DNA of 60,167 nucleotides, counting the filler, from Platydemus manokwari (Eukaryota), in the NCBI GenBank assembly GCA_037951405.1. It is 5 parts of 5 records of this genome, joined end to end, with 100 filler letters (N's around TTAATTAATTAA, not from the genome) between each part and the next. Parts side by side here need not be neighbours in the genome. Positions count along the whole stretch, not along the records: positions 36,109 to 48,431 come from JBBMOY010190006.1; positions 48,532 to 60,167 come from JBBMOY010554439.1; 3 more parts are not named here. One strand, written 5' to 3'. The translations under genes and the position numbers were made by a program. Below, piece by piece: positions 37,880-50,567 of this stretch; position 1 is the first letter of the stretch; every line of letters starts with the position of its first letter. Below the pieces are notes generated by a model, which did not search any database, was not told where the DNA came from, and was given only the letters and a program-made list of their open reading frames with translations.

Positions 37880-39912
37880 AGGAAGGCTTTTGACATCATG
37901 CAAAACTTAAATTATAGCTTAAGAAAATGTTTGCATATCTTTCGAGCTGTACATATAGATATTTCCAATTCTCCTACCCCAATAATTGACTTCTCAACTC
38001 CAGCTGTGTTTCAAAACCTTATTGACCTATATGATGTAGATCTTGATGCCACACCAGTTTTGGTCTTTTCAAATCACCCGCCTTTAAATATTTCTTTCTC
38101 TCCGACCCCAAGTGCTTTCAACCAATGTGAATCTCGATGTCATATCCTTATATCTTAATAGCTACGACCCTGATGATGTTGTTTTGCTGACTCTCACTTT
38201 CAGTTCATCTCTTTCTGAAATAGGTCTCGATATAAACAGACCTCAAACTACAATGATCTTTCAGATGATAACTTCTCTGTGATAGACTCTGTTCCTCTTC
38301 CAATTTCATCTCCTCCTTTGTTTTCGAACACCTATTTATATAACCTTCTCAAATCCCAATAATTTCTCAAACTATTCCTGTTATTCCCTTGACTAAACAT
38401 TTTGGTGCTTCTCCGAGTCCAAGTACGAGCTTTAGTATGATTTTTACCTCATGTCTCCGATGCACTATTACCCCAAAAATATGTCTTTCTTTCAAGACTA
38501 TCAATCATAATCAAAAACATGTAAGCAAACATAATAGAATCCAAATTTAATGTTTCGTGGTTTTCTCAGTGACCGCACAAAGATGAAAAGTCATGTTGCT
38601 AAACATCAAATAGATGTTCAATCAATAGTTCTCATAGCAACATCCGTAATCTCTCACTCAAAACTAAAATCTTGTGAGAAAATGACTAAGTGGGCCAGTA
38701 ATTGGGGCATTTCTACGGAAAAAATTCCCTGTGACGTAGAAATTATCTTAATTCGACCACAGCCTACAATGGCCCTGATACGTAAAGATTACAAAATGTT
38801 ATATTCCAGTTTCCTTTTCCACAAGCTTTCTAAATGGTGGATCGCTCTATTAACTCGGAAAATCGTCATTGTACCCTGTACACAGCTGATTTCCCTCATG
38901 GATTTTCATTTTTCATTTACTTCGCTACAGGCTTACTCTCTTCCACCTCTGGAATAAGTTAGATTAGCCCTTCCATTATCTCATTACTCCTTCCTGTGAC
39001 ATAATATTCAAACAATCTTATCTTGACGACCTACCTAGCCAAGTCAGCGATGATGACTGTAGTCTCTTTCTGATATAATACGCTCCTGATTTTTTTCATT
39101 CTCTTGAAGGTCTTTTGCTTCGTCGTGATATTAACCACATCATAGCGAATGCTATAGAGTACCAAGAAGCACACCCGCTCTTACTTGAAGCTATTCCCGT
39201 GCTTAGCAGCGATGAACTTTAAATTAGTTCTGCTTTTAATATTGGCAAACACTCATTCAAATATCTTCATCCTTATCTATTTCATGAAAAGAATCTACCT
39301 CTTTTGCTTCGAATTATTTCTTCAGATGACACAATCCAAAATTACACTTTAGAAGGAGTACTAACTTCATTCAAAATCAGTGGTCAGAAAACTGTTGCTG
39401 TCTGCGTCTTCACTTGCCTTTCCAACTATGGAAAAAAATCTTAGATCACTTCAACATTCTTCAAACTAGTCCTTTGATCATTCATTCTTTCAAGACTCCG
39501 TTGTTCGTCAAAATATAACAACCAAAGAGATCTGCAGTGCTTTTGACTCCTTGTCTGACTTTATTCCAGCCTCCGACGGTCTGAATTTTTTTCGGTTTTT
39601 AATTACATATATGTAATCAAAAATATTCCTGATTAATGGCTTTCCTACAAAACAATACATCTACTTAAGCCTATCAAAATTTAATATTTAATATCATCTT
39701 GGTACCTTATTGCACCAATGGATACCTCCTACCGTATCTTTGCCATAATCCTCAACTATATACCATTTGATTGGATTGACTCTGGAAATCTTCTTTCCAA
39801 CAAAGGCTCTTCTTTTTCAGGATGGCTGTGCAGAGCACAGCGCTTCTCTTTCAATATTGGGGGAAAGATTCCGGCAAAATAAGATAATTTCCCACACTGC
39901 TGGCTTGACCTT
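37880..39912 (+). mobile_element. Second decayed R2/NeSL-type non-LTR element (N-terminal zinc-finger-like remnants, RT motifs 0-3), interrupted at WLDL
   Basis: CLRC...KHVSKH and ...KMKSHVAKH near 38450-38610. RT motifs IPASDG, IPD*WLSYKTI, MDTSYRIFAIILN, DGCAEH and CWLDL at 39560-39912. Confidence 0.72.
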
Positions 39913-42900
39913 TGTTAGCCGCTACTATTTTAAAAACCACACATTAAAAACGAACTGAAAAATCAAGGCACAAAAAATCTATTTAAATACAAATATTTAA
40001 ACAAATAAATCTAATTTTATTTCAGTATGATTTTATTTAAAATTAGAATTACATCTGAATTAAATTTGAATTTAAAATTTAATTCATATAAAATATCTCA
40101 AAGCTTGGTGAGGAATTCCCGAGGTTTCCACAAGACTTACCTCACCTCATGGAATACAACATCTTGGAATTTTACCAGGTTTTATCAGGCTTGGGTAAGA
40201 AAATTCGTGAACTATTCAGGAGTATTATAGGTAAGTACTTTGTCAAAAACTGAATAACTTCTTCTATGTTCCAAGTAAACTCGAAGAAGACTATTTTGTG
40301 CAGTCTATAATTGATGTTTTTAGGTTTCTTATCAGCTGTGATATTCTCTTTAGAAATCTTATGATTGTGCAGTTGATCAACGTTACCGTTTTTCTTCCAC
40401 TCTTGAAAGGGCACTTGAATGGTTGTCTAACTAACTTCCTTCGGTTAATGGGCCTAAGAGCACTTGGTGGTCCAAGATCAGTCATGCTATTCGGCGACTT
40501 TTTAGCTTTGATATTGATTGCATCTTTCACATTGAAGATTCTTCTATGTTTCTCAGCACCAACTCTCACATAACATCTCTTCATAAGCACATGATACTGT
40601 TGCAGCAATGGTCTTCTTTCATCGTTACACCAAATTTTCATATCAGGGAAATCCACTCTTTGTCTTTCATTGTCACCAAAAAGTTCTAAAGTTCTCAAAG
40701 GTCATCGTCTTCATCCTGATCTTTGGAAATTTATTACAAGGGCAAGGAATAATACTCTAAAGCTCAATTTCCATTTTTATCGTGCACAAAGGCAGATACG
40801 ATTACTTGTCGCAGATGCAATTCCTCTCACGAATGTGCAGGACATGTTCTTCTTCATTGTCCTGCAAATTTACAATTAACTTCTGCTCGTCATTTAGACA
40901 TTTTCTTTGTTCTCGTGAGTTGATGTTGACCCTGACGTGACACCTGTCGAGATAAACTCAACTTTACGCCTTGACATTATTGTCAGAGTCTTTAAGAGAA
41001 AACTTATGGTAATCATGGACTTGAAGATCTCTTATGACTTAGTGTAAAACTTCCAGACTAATCGTTCCAATAACCTGTTGTCGATATCTGCTGACGGAAT
41101 CTATATGACTCATATCTAGATGAAATTAATTTGGATATTTTTGGTTCTTATGATCCAGAAAATGATAAGTCTTTCTATCTTTTAGGTTTTGATAAAAAAA
41201 TGATAAGTGGAAAAAAATGTGATTGCAATGGTAGCTATGTGAATGACTTTCTTTGACGTCTCGTTTCTTTCTTTTTCGTACGGTTATTTGATTCGAGTTG
41301 AGTTTCAGTCGCGTCAGTTGTAATTTCATAGGTGTGGACTTACTTTTTGCACCGATTAATATGAACCCACATTGGTTCAGTTGTAATCCTTCCAATCGCC
41401 ATGATGACTACATTGGTATCTGTGACCTTTTTGATAATATATGGCCCTTTGAAAGGTCGTGTTAATTTCGGAAATATCTCTCGATTGCAGGCTTTGATTT
41501 CTAGTATTATCTTAATTCTAATGTTTAATAAAATTCAATTTACTATTTTATCATAAAAGTTTTTCGTTTGCTCCTGCACAAATTGTAAGTTTATTTTAGC
41601 CCTCTTTCAGGTTTCCGATAATCTTTGGCAGATGACTAGGTCGGTGATACATAAATTAGAATGGTGAGAAGTTTTTACATGATTGGTATCGATGTTTCAT
41701 GTGCGACTGCCCACTTTTGCCGCGAGGATTACTTTCGAGTCGATTTGTAGTAGTTTATGAATGAATACATCCTCACATGCACCTGATGAGATCTCTACGC
41801 TTTGTTGTACGAGTTTTTATTTGAGTATGGATGCGCAGTAATATTGAAGCACTACTTCGTGACTTAGCAATCTCAAATTTTTTGTGATAAGAATCCAATT
41901 CCTAATAAATTAAATGCGTTTCTTCTGGGTTTTTGTGACATTGTGAACAATCATGGATGTTCCATAAGGTCAACCATGGAATGTCTTTTCGAGTATTTTG
42001 GATTCTGACAATCATATGTTGTGAGTATTGTGGACTTGACAATTAGTCAGAATATGAATAGTTATTTAAGAAGAGTGTTGAATGTCTCCCATTCAAACCT
42101 CCTAAACCATCAATTAGCTACAGATGTATCCGCACGAATTTCGTCTACCCACCTTTAGTTTGTATGAATGGTCAGCTATTCTCGATATACTATCGACTTC
42201 TACTTGAAATTCGTTCGCATCAACCCGATGATGCAAATAAAACCCTGTATACTAGACAGGTCAGGGTCAGCTTAGCTCGATTTTGTGTGAATCCTTTCCT
42301 GAGTAACTCCTGTATCATTTTTTCGGATTGGCCATATTCAATTTGCTTATGATTTGTCCTAATCGATGGGTGCAGCTCTTAATTTCTTTAATAAATCGCT
42401 CGAACCCCGATACATCGCTCTCTGGCAATCGATTATTTCGTGGTTCCACGCCCTTGGCTAAGTAAGTAAATATTTGCGTATTTCCAGCCAGAGTGACCGT
42501 TCGATCTGCTCAGCTAAATGTTGGTCGTCACATTCCGGTTGGTTCAGAATGACTTGGGCGTGACTGTGGTTCATAATCTAGTTCGTTTTAGCGATGAGGC
42601 AGCGTCTCTTGAGGGTACCTTGGTGGTCTCCTTCATGGTTTCCGTGACAGTTTGTTTACAGATAATGATGCTTGTATGGTTACCGGTATCGGTTCTTTAG
42701 TGGTTACAGGTATGGGTTCCTGTACCTCTATCGGCTCCGCTGAAGGAGTCTATTGTATAAAGTCTCTAAATAATTCATTGTCCGGGTTGATCTGCATCAA
42801 TTGATTTAAATCGTGCTCTGTATTTGGAGTATTCAACTGACTCGTATTGATGTTCATTGGCAAATGAGTTATGTTTTCTATAATAACCGGTGGTATCGGT

Positions 42901-44240
42901 TTTACTTTATCCGTAGTGAGTGTGCCTCATTATCATTAATTAGCAAACACTGGTAGTTAAAGTACGTTTATGTTCGCTATGTGGCCTGGTAGAACTCATT
43001 GTCTTCAACTGGATTTTCCCAGACTGTGAATACGAGTGATTCGCAGAGATACAGTTCTGTCTTCACATGTGTCTTATCTTTTTCATATTCGTGTAACAAG
43101 ATACTTGATTTTCAAATAGCCTTGCATAATCCGTCTTAATTTTGCGCATGGTTCAGTGCCTCGTATGATCAATCTATATGATGTAAGTGATTCTAATTGC
43201 GTCACCAATTTTGGTGCTAACTGACGAAATAGGTCACCGTATATAATTACGTGAATATGCTTAGTGAGCATATCTTTGACTTTTCTTTGTCGATGGTGTC
43301 CTTTTTTAACTCGATTTCGAGGTCCTTAGGAAAAGCTTAATTTTCCTCTTTTTGACCTGTGAGTTCAATGAGAACCCTTTCATTTCTCTGTTTTTAGTAC
43401 AAATTCAAGTTCTCTTTTATTATCATTTACATTAATTTGTGAATTAACTGCATTCTGTGGGTGAGAGGTTACTGCACCTCGTTTTCCGTGTGAGCTTGGT
43501 ACGCAGTATTGGTGACTGGAATCCACTTTTGTTTCCCCATGTCTGGGTATAATGATTTGGTTTCTGATGGAATTCTCAATGATGAGTCTGCCTCGTTATG
43601 AGTGTTTGTATGTTTCGTCGAGGGGTTCGTTCTCTCTTACTATAATGTGTGGGAGAATCTCTGATTCTGTGTCCAATGTCCGTTCAATTTTGGTTCTGCT
43701 CAAAAAATAACGTTTCTGTTCGTTCTTGTTGCATGTCATGTTTTTTCTCAACAGCATGCATCGTCTATATTGGCTCCAGCTACTGCAGCATACCACAAAA
43801 TTCATCTTGATTGATTATTAATTTGAATCTGATTTTCTTCTTCATTTACTTTTAATCGAGTTATTGGAGTCATGTCATGGCTCGGTATCGTATTGGTTCG
43901 TTGAGCCGTGAGGACTTTTTAAATTTTCTGCTCTTGCTTTTTTAAATTTACCCTGATTATTGACTTCATCTCGTTTAACAGCACTTTCCTCCGAATGACA
44001 AATCTCCTGTAGGTGGCCTCGTCTGCGGCAATTATCGGATTTAAGATTTGTGCGGATACATTTAACCGTGTAGTGATATGATAATTCGCACTTCTTGCAC
44101 TTGATTCGTTTTCAGTTTTTAATAATATATACTCATTTACCGCATCATTAACATTTACGTGAATGTAGTTCCACGTTTGATGAGCTCCTTATTTATTATG
44201 ATATAGCTCTACGATCCTCTTCCGTCTCACTAAATTTCAT
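39913..44240 (-). mobile_element. Decayed Ty3/gypsy element: gag knuckle, pol remnants, GPY/F integrase tail, extra 3' ORF, probable LTR end at 39913
   Basis: CKKCELSYHYTVKC knuckle (about 44100-44058). MIQELLRKGF (RT start, about 42310). PKLTRPFKGPYIIKKVTDTNV...WVHINRCK (41470-41345). PBS-like sequence near 44232. Confidence 0.78.
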
Positions 44241-45870
44241 GGAAATAAATGAGGTGATGAACTTAGATTTAAATCAACAAGTTATTCTTGATAATTTAAG
44301 CCGTTAATTATTGGCTATTAGTTAAAAGCTGATAATTGATGTTTTCACCAGGTATCTGACTCTTAACAGAAAATTAGATGCGTGTTACTAATAAATAAAA
44401 GATACGCATGATATAATACTGATGTAATACCATGTCATTACTTGAAAAGTTTTTAAACAATCGATGGAGGGTCTAAGTGGCTTTCTATTGGGAATATAAA
44501 TTAAAGGAGAGCTGATTTTAGGTTCAAACAAATTAGATTTCGACCTTGTGGAGTGGTATGATTTATATAGTTTCAAATAATCTCCTGTCGAAGATTGATT
44601 AAATTAATGTATGAGTTGACAATTACCATTATGATATTGAATTAAGAATATGAAAAGCTCGAACAATTGCGAATAAATAAATTTTAATAGACATCTTTAT
44701 AGTAAATCCGATATGGGTGAATATGAATTCGCTTGAATGACAGTGAATATGAGTTCACTGGAAATATGTCTTTGAATGAATAAGCTTATTAGACAGAGAA
44801 ATTTTTGTGAAATTTATTATGACTGACTTCTTATTTACTGCTTTGCGATGCAGTCTGCGCATGATATTAGTCGTAATTATTTTTTCCTAGTGAATTATCA
44901 TGTGTTGTACCAAACAATATCCGAGAGCAGAAGATCCAATGCATTGATAAACTTAAAGGCATGGATTATCTTGTGGAGATTGTAGTTATCTAAATGATCT
45001 CACAATCTAGTATCACCACGAATAGAATGAATTTACAAATAAAAGGTATCAAAATAGCATGAAAGGAATAAAATTCTCCTAACTAATCTCCACAAACAAA
45101 AACTAAGACTTCCATAAATAGTTGTCATATGTTGAGTTCTATTATATATCAGTACTCAAGTTGTGGTGAATGAACACAAAAGGTTAGCTGCATTCAGAAA
45201 GTTTTATCCGTGATAATTTAAATGTCCCTATTCGTGTAAAATAACAGACATAATTATTAAGTGAGGTATATGACAGCCATAATTGAAATCAGTTATTAAA
45301 AAGATGGTATTACTTCGCACAATGATTGTACATGCTTTGCGAAAATTAAATTTATTACAAAATAATATAGAACTTTTAATTGTTAAAGAGGAAATTAATT
45401 ATACGTGATTATGTCTATTAAATAATTGCTAATACCAATCTTTTGCAAGTCGAGAACATTAATTTTTTGACACAGTCTAATTGTTATTATAGAAAAAAAT
45501 AACTCATTACAATTAAAAATACTCATTAATTATGTCTTGATGATACAGTTGAAGAAATAAACATATACAATCAAATTAATGCATTATTCCCAATGTATTA
45601 ATAAGTGAAAAATTGTTTGTTAGGCCTCAAAACTAATAGTTAATGTCAAATAATTTTTTGCTATGGTTAACTTTGAAAAATTCGTTATCAACTTATATTA
45701 TTTAAAATGTTGTTAATAGTATTACAAGATTTTGAGAAAATTTTTAGTTATCATGTTGCAAATTGTGCAGATTATTAAATTTCGAATAAAATTTTTTCTT
45801 TGTATACTTAATTCTTTTAATGATATCTTAAAGTTAATTTTGTTTTAAAAATTAAAATTTGATTGTACTT

Positions 45871-47106
45871 ATGAATTATTATAAAATTGTATTTCATTTT
45901 ACATTTGTATCTTTATGTTACTTGTTTTTTAGCCTATAAAGTCCGAACCATCAGTTATTAATGACGAATATGATGAGGTCTTAATATGTCCAGTATGTAA
46001 ATGTGAATCATTTACAAAAAGATCTCTTCTATGTGAACATATTCTTCTTTGTGAAAAAGAATCTCCTGAAGTTCCCATCATAATTAACTATCATACAGTA
46101 AATGTAAAAACAGAAAATTTGGAAAATTATGACATAACAGATAAAGATCACAGAAATAATAATACTACCAGTGAGAAGATTAAATTAATTATTCCGTTTA
46201 GAATTTCATTTAGATATCTTAAGGGATAATAATCTTAATATTCCCAATCGTTTCAGTGACATAATTTTGGGAGGTCAGTTTAAAAGAGAATCCCAACATT
46301 TCAATTCAATCGATATTGATAATTCTGTAAATGATACGTTTTGTTGCAACGTTTGCGAAACATCATTTGATACTCAAAATGAATTACATATACATAAAAC
46401 TAAGGATCATACAAATAAAGAGAAAGCTTGCCAAGTCACAGATGATGTCATTGAGGTTGCCAGAATATCCAATGTAGCAAACTCATTTAAAATGAGAATT
46501 AATATTAATCGACCAGAAACCGTTCCTGGGTTAATTTCGAAGGAAATTAATCTAGGTGAATCACAAGTCAACAAGAATCAAATTAATCAAACCATTTCGT
46601 CAATTAACGAAGATATGTCACAAGTAGAAATATTAACATGCCCGTTATGCAATATTCAGAAACTCTACCAATACAAGTCTAAACGAAGCCTTCTCCAGCA
46701 TCTAAATCGAATACACCGCTATACTACGAAAGCTTTTTTGTCGAGTGAGAGAAAATGTCGATTTTGTTTTGTTAAATGTTCGACCTATGACGGTCTAATA
46801 GAGCATTATCACGAATGTAAACCGTTGGAAAAATTCAAAAAGCAATCTCATAAGAAAATCTACTGGGTTGTTGAAGCACAAAAATCTAAAACCAGCAGGA
46901 AATTATTTACTAGGAAATGTTGTATGTGTTATGGGAATTGTAATTTTGAGGAGGAAGTTTATTTTGAACACATAAAAAATGAGCATAATTTAGATAAATC
47001 GCAGCGATTTCCAAGACAACCGCGTCAGTGTATAAATTGTGGAGAATTTATTACTAATTTTAGAACACTTTATCGTCACAATTATAGTTGTACTCAAAAT
47101 AAATAA
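45871..47106 (+). CDS. Multi-zinc-finger (C2H2/C2HC) protein; exons 45871-45888, 45933-46170, 46214-47106 (about 382 aa)
   Basis: Phase-consistent GT-AG introns of 44 and 43 nt. Fingers CPVC..EHILLC, CNVC..H...H, CPLC..H....H, CRFC..H...C, CCMC..H....H, CINC..H...C. The first exon is the least certain. Confidence 0.85.
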
Positions 47107-48431
47107 ATAGTTTTATCTTTTGATTAAAATTTTTAAATCTTTGTATCGATCGGTTCTAGTTCTGTTCCACTTCAATTATGGTTTTGTTAAGTTAGTTTGT
47201 ATTTGTTTATATTTGCTTGACCTTGAGAATGATCGAATTCGATTTGTCATTATTTTATGAGAACTTATATTGATTTTTATTCGATGTCTTCACTACGCAA
47301 AGCATGAAATTTTTGAAAATTTAAATATCAGAAAACATGGTTATCAGCTATTTGAAGATATTTTAGCTCCATCATCAAATCCAAGACATTTAATTTTGTT
47401 AGAGCGATTTCGTTAGATATGTCCAAATCAATCGTGAAAAGTAGCACAAAATAAATCGTATGGAATAAAATAAAATAATTTATGAAAATGCCAATGAGCT
47501 GCTATGTAGAATGGGTTCCGTTTTAACTACTGTACGATAAGACACTGTTGAGGTGGTGTATTTGGGAATAAAATTGTTGGGGTTCCAAAAATATTTCCTA
47601 TCTACAAATATAATTATCAGTGTTATGTTCTCATTCAATTTTAGAATCTCACTAAAATATGTGGTAATTTTCGGAAAAGCACGAGTTTCTGAACATTGTT
47701 GAGTTCGTGGTTTGATTATGGAAACCTAACAGCCTGGGTTCATGTATGTAAATGTGTTACCCTTCAATAAACAAACAACATATATATTGAGCAAAGTTTT
47801 ATTTATTATTGAGAAATGATTTACAAAATTATAAAATATTCACGCATCTGGGCTCACACTTGAATTTAGTAGAACGATTCGACAATGTTGACTTGCAGAG
47901 ATTGGAAAGTACTATCTTTTGTTTTTTTGTAAAAATTTTATGTAAAGAATTTAAATTATATATATATATATATAAAAGTATTTTGGTTATATAATCTATT
48001 ATTAAATCAAAATTAAAGTTTTATTTACCCTTATTTTATTAGATTGTTCGCATTGTTTTTGGTTTTGATGTCGATGTTCTATCCTCTTTGTTTCTCAAAG
48101 CATATCGATCTTGTTTGTAACTTAATCTCTGTTCTTATTTCGTTACCACTGAGCGTAAATGGGAAACTAGTCCTTTTGATTATATTAGGACATTTTTCTT
48201 CAGATAAGGACAAGATGCTTTCAAATGAGGTAGAATTTTGTTCTTTCTCCGCCAAACAATATTATAAATGAACTTGTTCATATTTTTATTTAAATATTCC
48301 ATTGCTAATCATTTCGAATCACCCTGCATTATTAGGGTTGGGTTTTGGTACTTATATGTTTGTATTCCCAACACCGGTGAGTTCTTAAGATTGATCTGAT
48401 TTAAATTCAAATCAACCCTCTCGATTATCAG

Positions 48432-48531
48432 NNNNNNNNNNNNNNNNNNNNNNNNNNNNNNNNNNNNNNNNNNNNTTAATTAATTAANNNNNNNNNNNNN
48501 NNNNNNNNNNNNNNNNNNNNNNNNNNNNNNN
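48432..48531. other. Artificial contig linker N44-TTAATTAATTAA-N44
   Basis: Same 100-nt structure. Confidence 0.97.
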
Positions 48532-48592
<61 letters not shown>

Positions 48593-48608
48593 TTATTATT
48601 ATTATTAT
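48532..48608. repeat. (ATT)n microsatellite at the contig start
   Basis: Near-perfect ATT run. Confidence 0.97.
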
Positions 48609-49000
48609 GACATCAAGTACAGCGTAAGATCTAATCTAAACATTGAACAAGGTTGGGAATTAAAATAGTATTGGGTGTTGTAAAATGAGAAAATTGCACC
48701 GCATAATCGATATATCAATGGTTACCATCTGATTATTACATAACCAACACATATTATGTAATTATTCTAGAAAATAAATGAAGTATTTTGGATATATTTG
48801 TGATTTAATCAAGTAATTTATCGATTCCATGCATCTGACATAGATACCCTTTATATTCAAATATTTTTGATCTTTAGAGATATCTGTTCTGGAAAAAGTT
48901 TGAAGCTTTTTCTAATCGAACTGTAAATCAGTGAATTACAAATAAATTCAATCAAATATCGAATAATTAATCGGAATCATTTATTTGTTTCATTTATTAG

Positions 49001-49259
49001 GTGTCCTAATGAATTATATGATGTCCAAGTGACATATATCAATTATTCCTCGATCGGATTTCAATTCCAACCATTCAACTTTGTTGGACAACACGGTAGA
49101 CAAATCTTTATCAAATGTGAAACAACTAAATGCTATCAACCCAATGATAAATATTGTGGTGCATGTAATCCCAGAACAAGATTCAGACGCCATATAAAAA
49201 ATGAAAACACAGAATCAATATTTATTGGACCGATTGAAAATATAAATAACAGTCACTGA
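49001..49259 (+). CDS. Terminal exon of a zona pellucida (ZP) domain protein
   Basis: Acceptor AG at 48999-49000. CPNEL...FQFQPFNF....QIFIKCETTKC......C..C, furin site RFRR, EHP-like SIFIGPI, then stop. Confidence 0.85.
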
Positions 49260-49717
49260 TTTGACGAAAACATTCCGTCAATTTTATTAGATGTTTTATA
49301 AGAGATTCTATGCTACGTGTTGATTTTTCAATCAAAATATTTTTATATACAAATATTTTAAAAATTGTAAAAAAAATAAATGATTTGTTTTCAATACAAT
49401 CAAACTTTATTGTTCTCTAAGAGATCATTTTATTTTTGGTTCCACAAGCCTGATCTTTCAGAAACTACAGACTGATTGTTGTGCCGATATCATATTCAAA
49501 CTGTTGAGTGTTAAGTCTTCTCGTACCATTTTCAGTTCACTCAGCATTGAGAAAAAACTTATTTTTTCTTAAATAATTCTTAAAAATGTTTTCGTTTTTA
49601 GGATTTTTTAGAACTATGAATGCCTGTATTTTTTGTGTTTTAAATAATTTTAAGAATTACAAGCTGCGCGTTTTTCGTTATTCTGCTTCTATTTTCTATT
49701 TGTGAACCTGCCATATT

Positions 49718-49762
49718 GAGTGTGTCAATGTTGAGTGAGTGTGTCAATGTTGAGTGAGTGTG
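49718..49762. repeat. 19-bp tandem repeat, about 2.4 copies (GAGTGTGTCAATGTTGAGT)
   Basis: Exact copies at 49718-49736 and 49737-49755. Confidence 0.9.
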
Positions 49763-50567
49763 CATTTGTAAAATTTGCTAAGACAAAAATGTGTGTTCAG
49801 AATGTATGTAATTTACTGTATAGGAATATGTATCTGGTATTCAAAAACCTTATAACATTTATTTATCAGTAAATTCTTACAAAAATTGCTCTCAATATAT
49901 CTGAAATATGTACCTCTTCAATCCCCAAGAAAAGTGAAAAGCTACTATTTTACACGTTTTGAAAACGAACTGGAAAGTCATGACATCAAATTATAATCTG
50001 AAACTAATGGTCGCTTAGAAGATGTCATTACATAGAGAACTAGTTACTATAAGTAAAATACTTCGCGGAAAAAAGATAGTCACATAATCTAAAATAAAGC
50101 GGTCTCAAATAAATGAAAAATTATTATTTGAGTTATGACTCACTATGTATTTATTCTCATTATTTTAATTGCATATAAATTCTTGTTAAATTATTAATTT
50201 TTTAGGAACATCCGTGAGCTATAATCTAAACGAGTTCTCCACAATCAATTATGTAAAATACTAAAAATGAAATAAAATATCAAAAAAGTAACAAAATTAT
50301 TCAGAATATACTATGAAACTACCACGTTACCAATGTTTCCATCCCTGACCATGAATCATTTATATAGGATTTAATTTCAATTTAACCGGCCCTTACAGCT
50401 ATCTGGAAGGGGGTTTATGGATTTATCAGCACACTACATTTAAATATATTAAGAGAATAAGCATTTTAGAAAATCAACCCATGAAAATATAAAATATTTA
50501 AATATAAAAAATAAAGGCAGACAACTGTAATCAAGCAAGAATCTACTGATTTAGAATTCAAAAAAAA

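Noticed and set aside
39620-39670. WLSYKTI as a Ulp1 protease motif (NeSL-like)
   Set aside because: Its position between APGPDG-like and RPIAL-like motifs shows it is RT motif 1.
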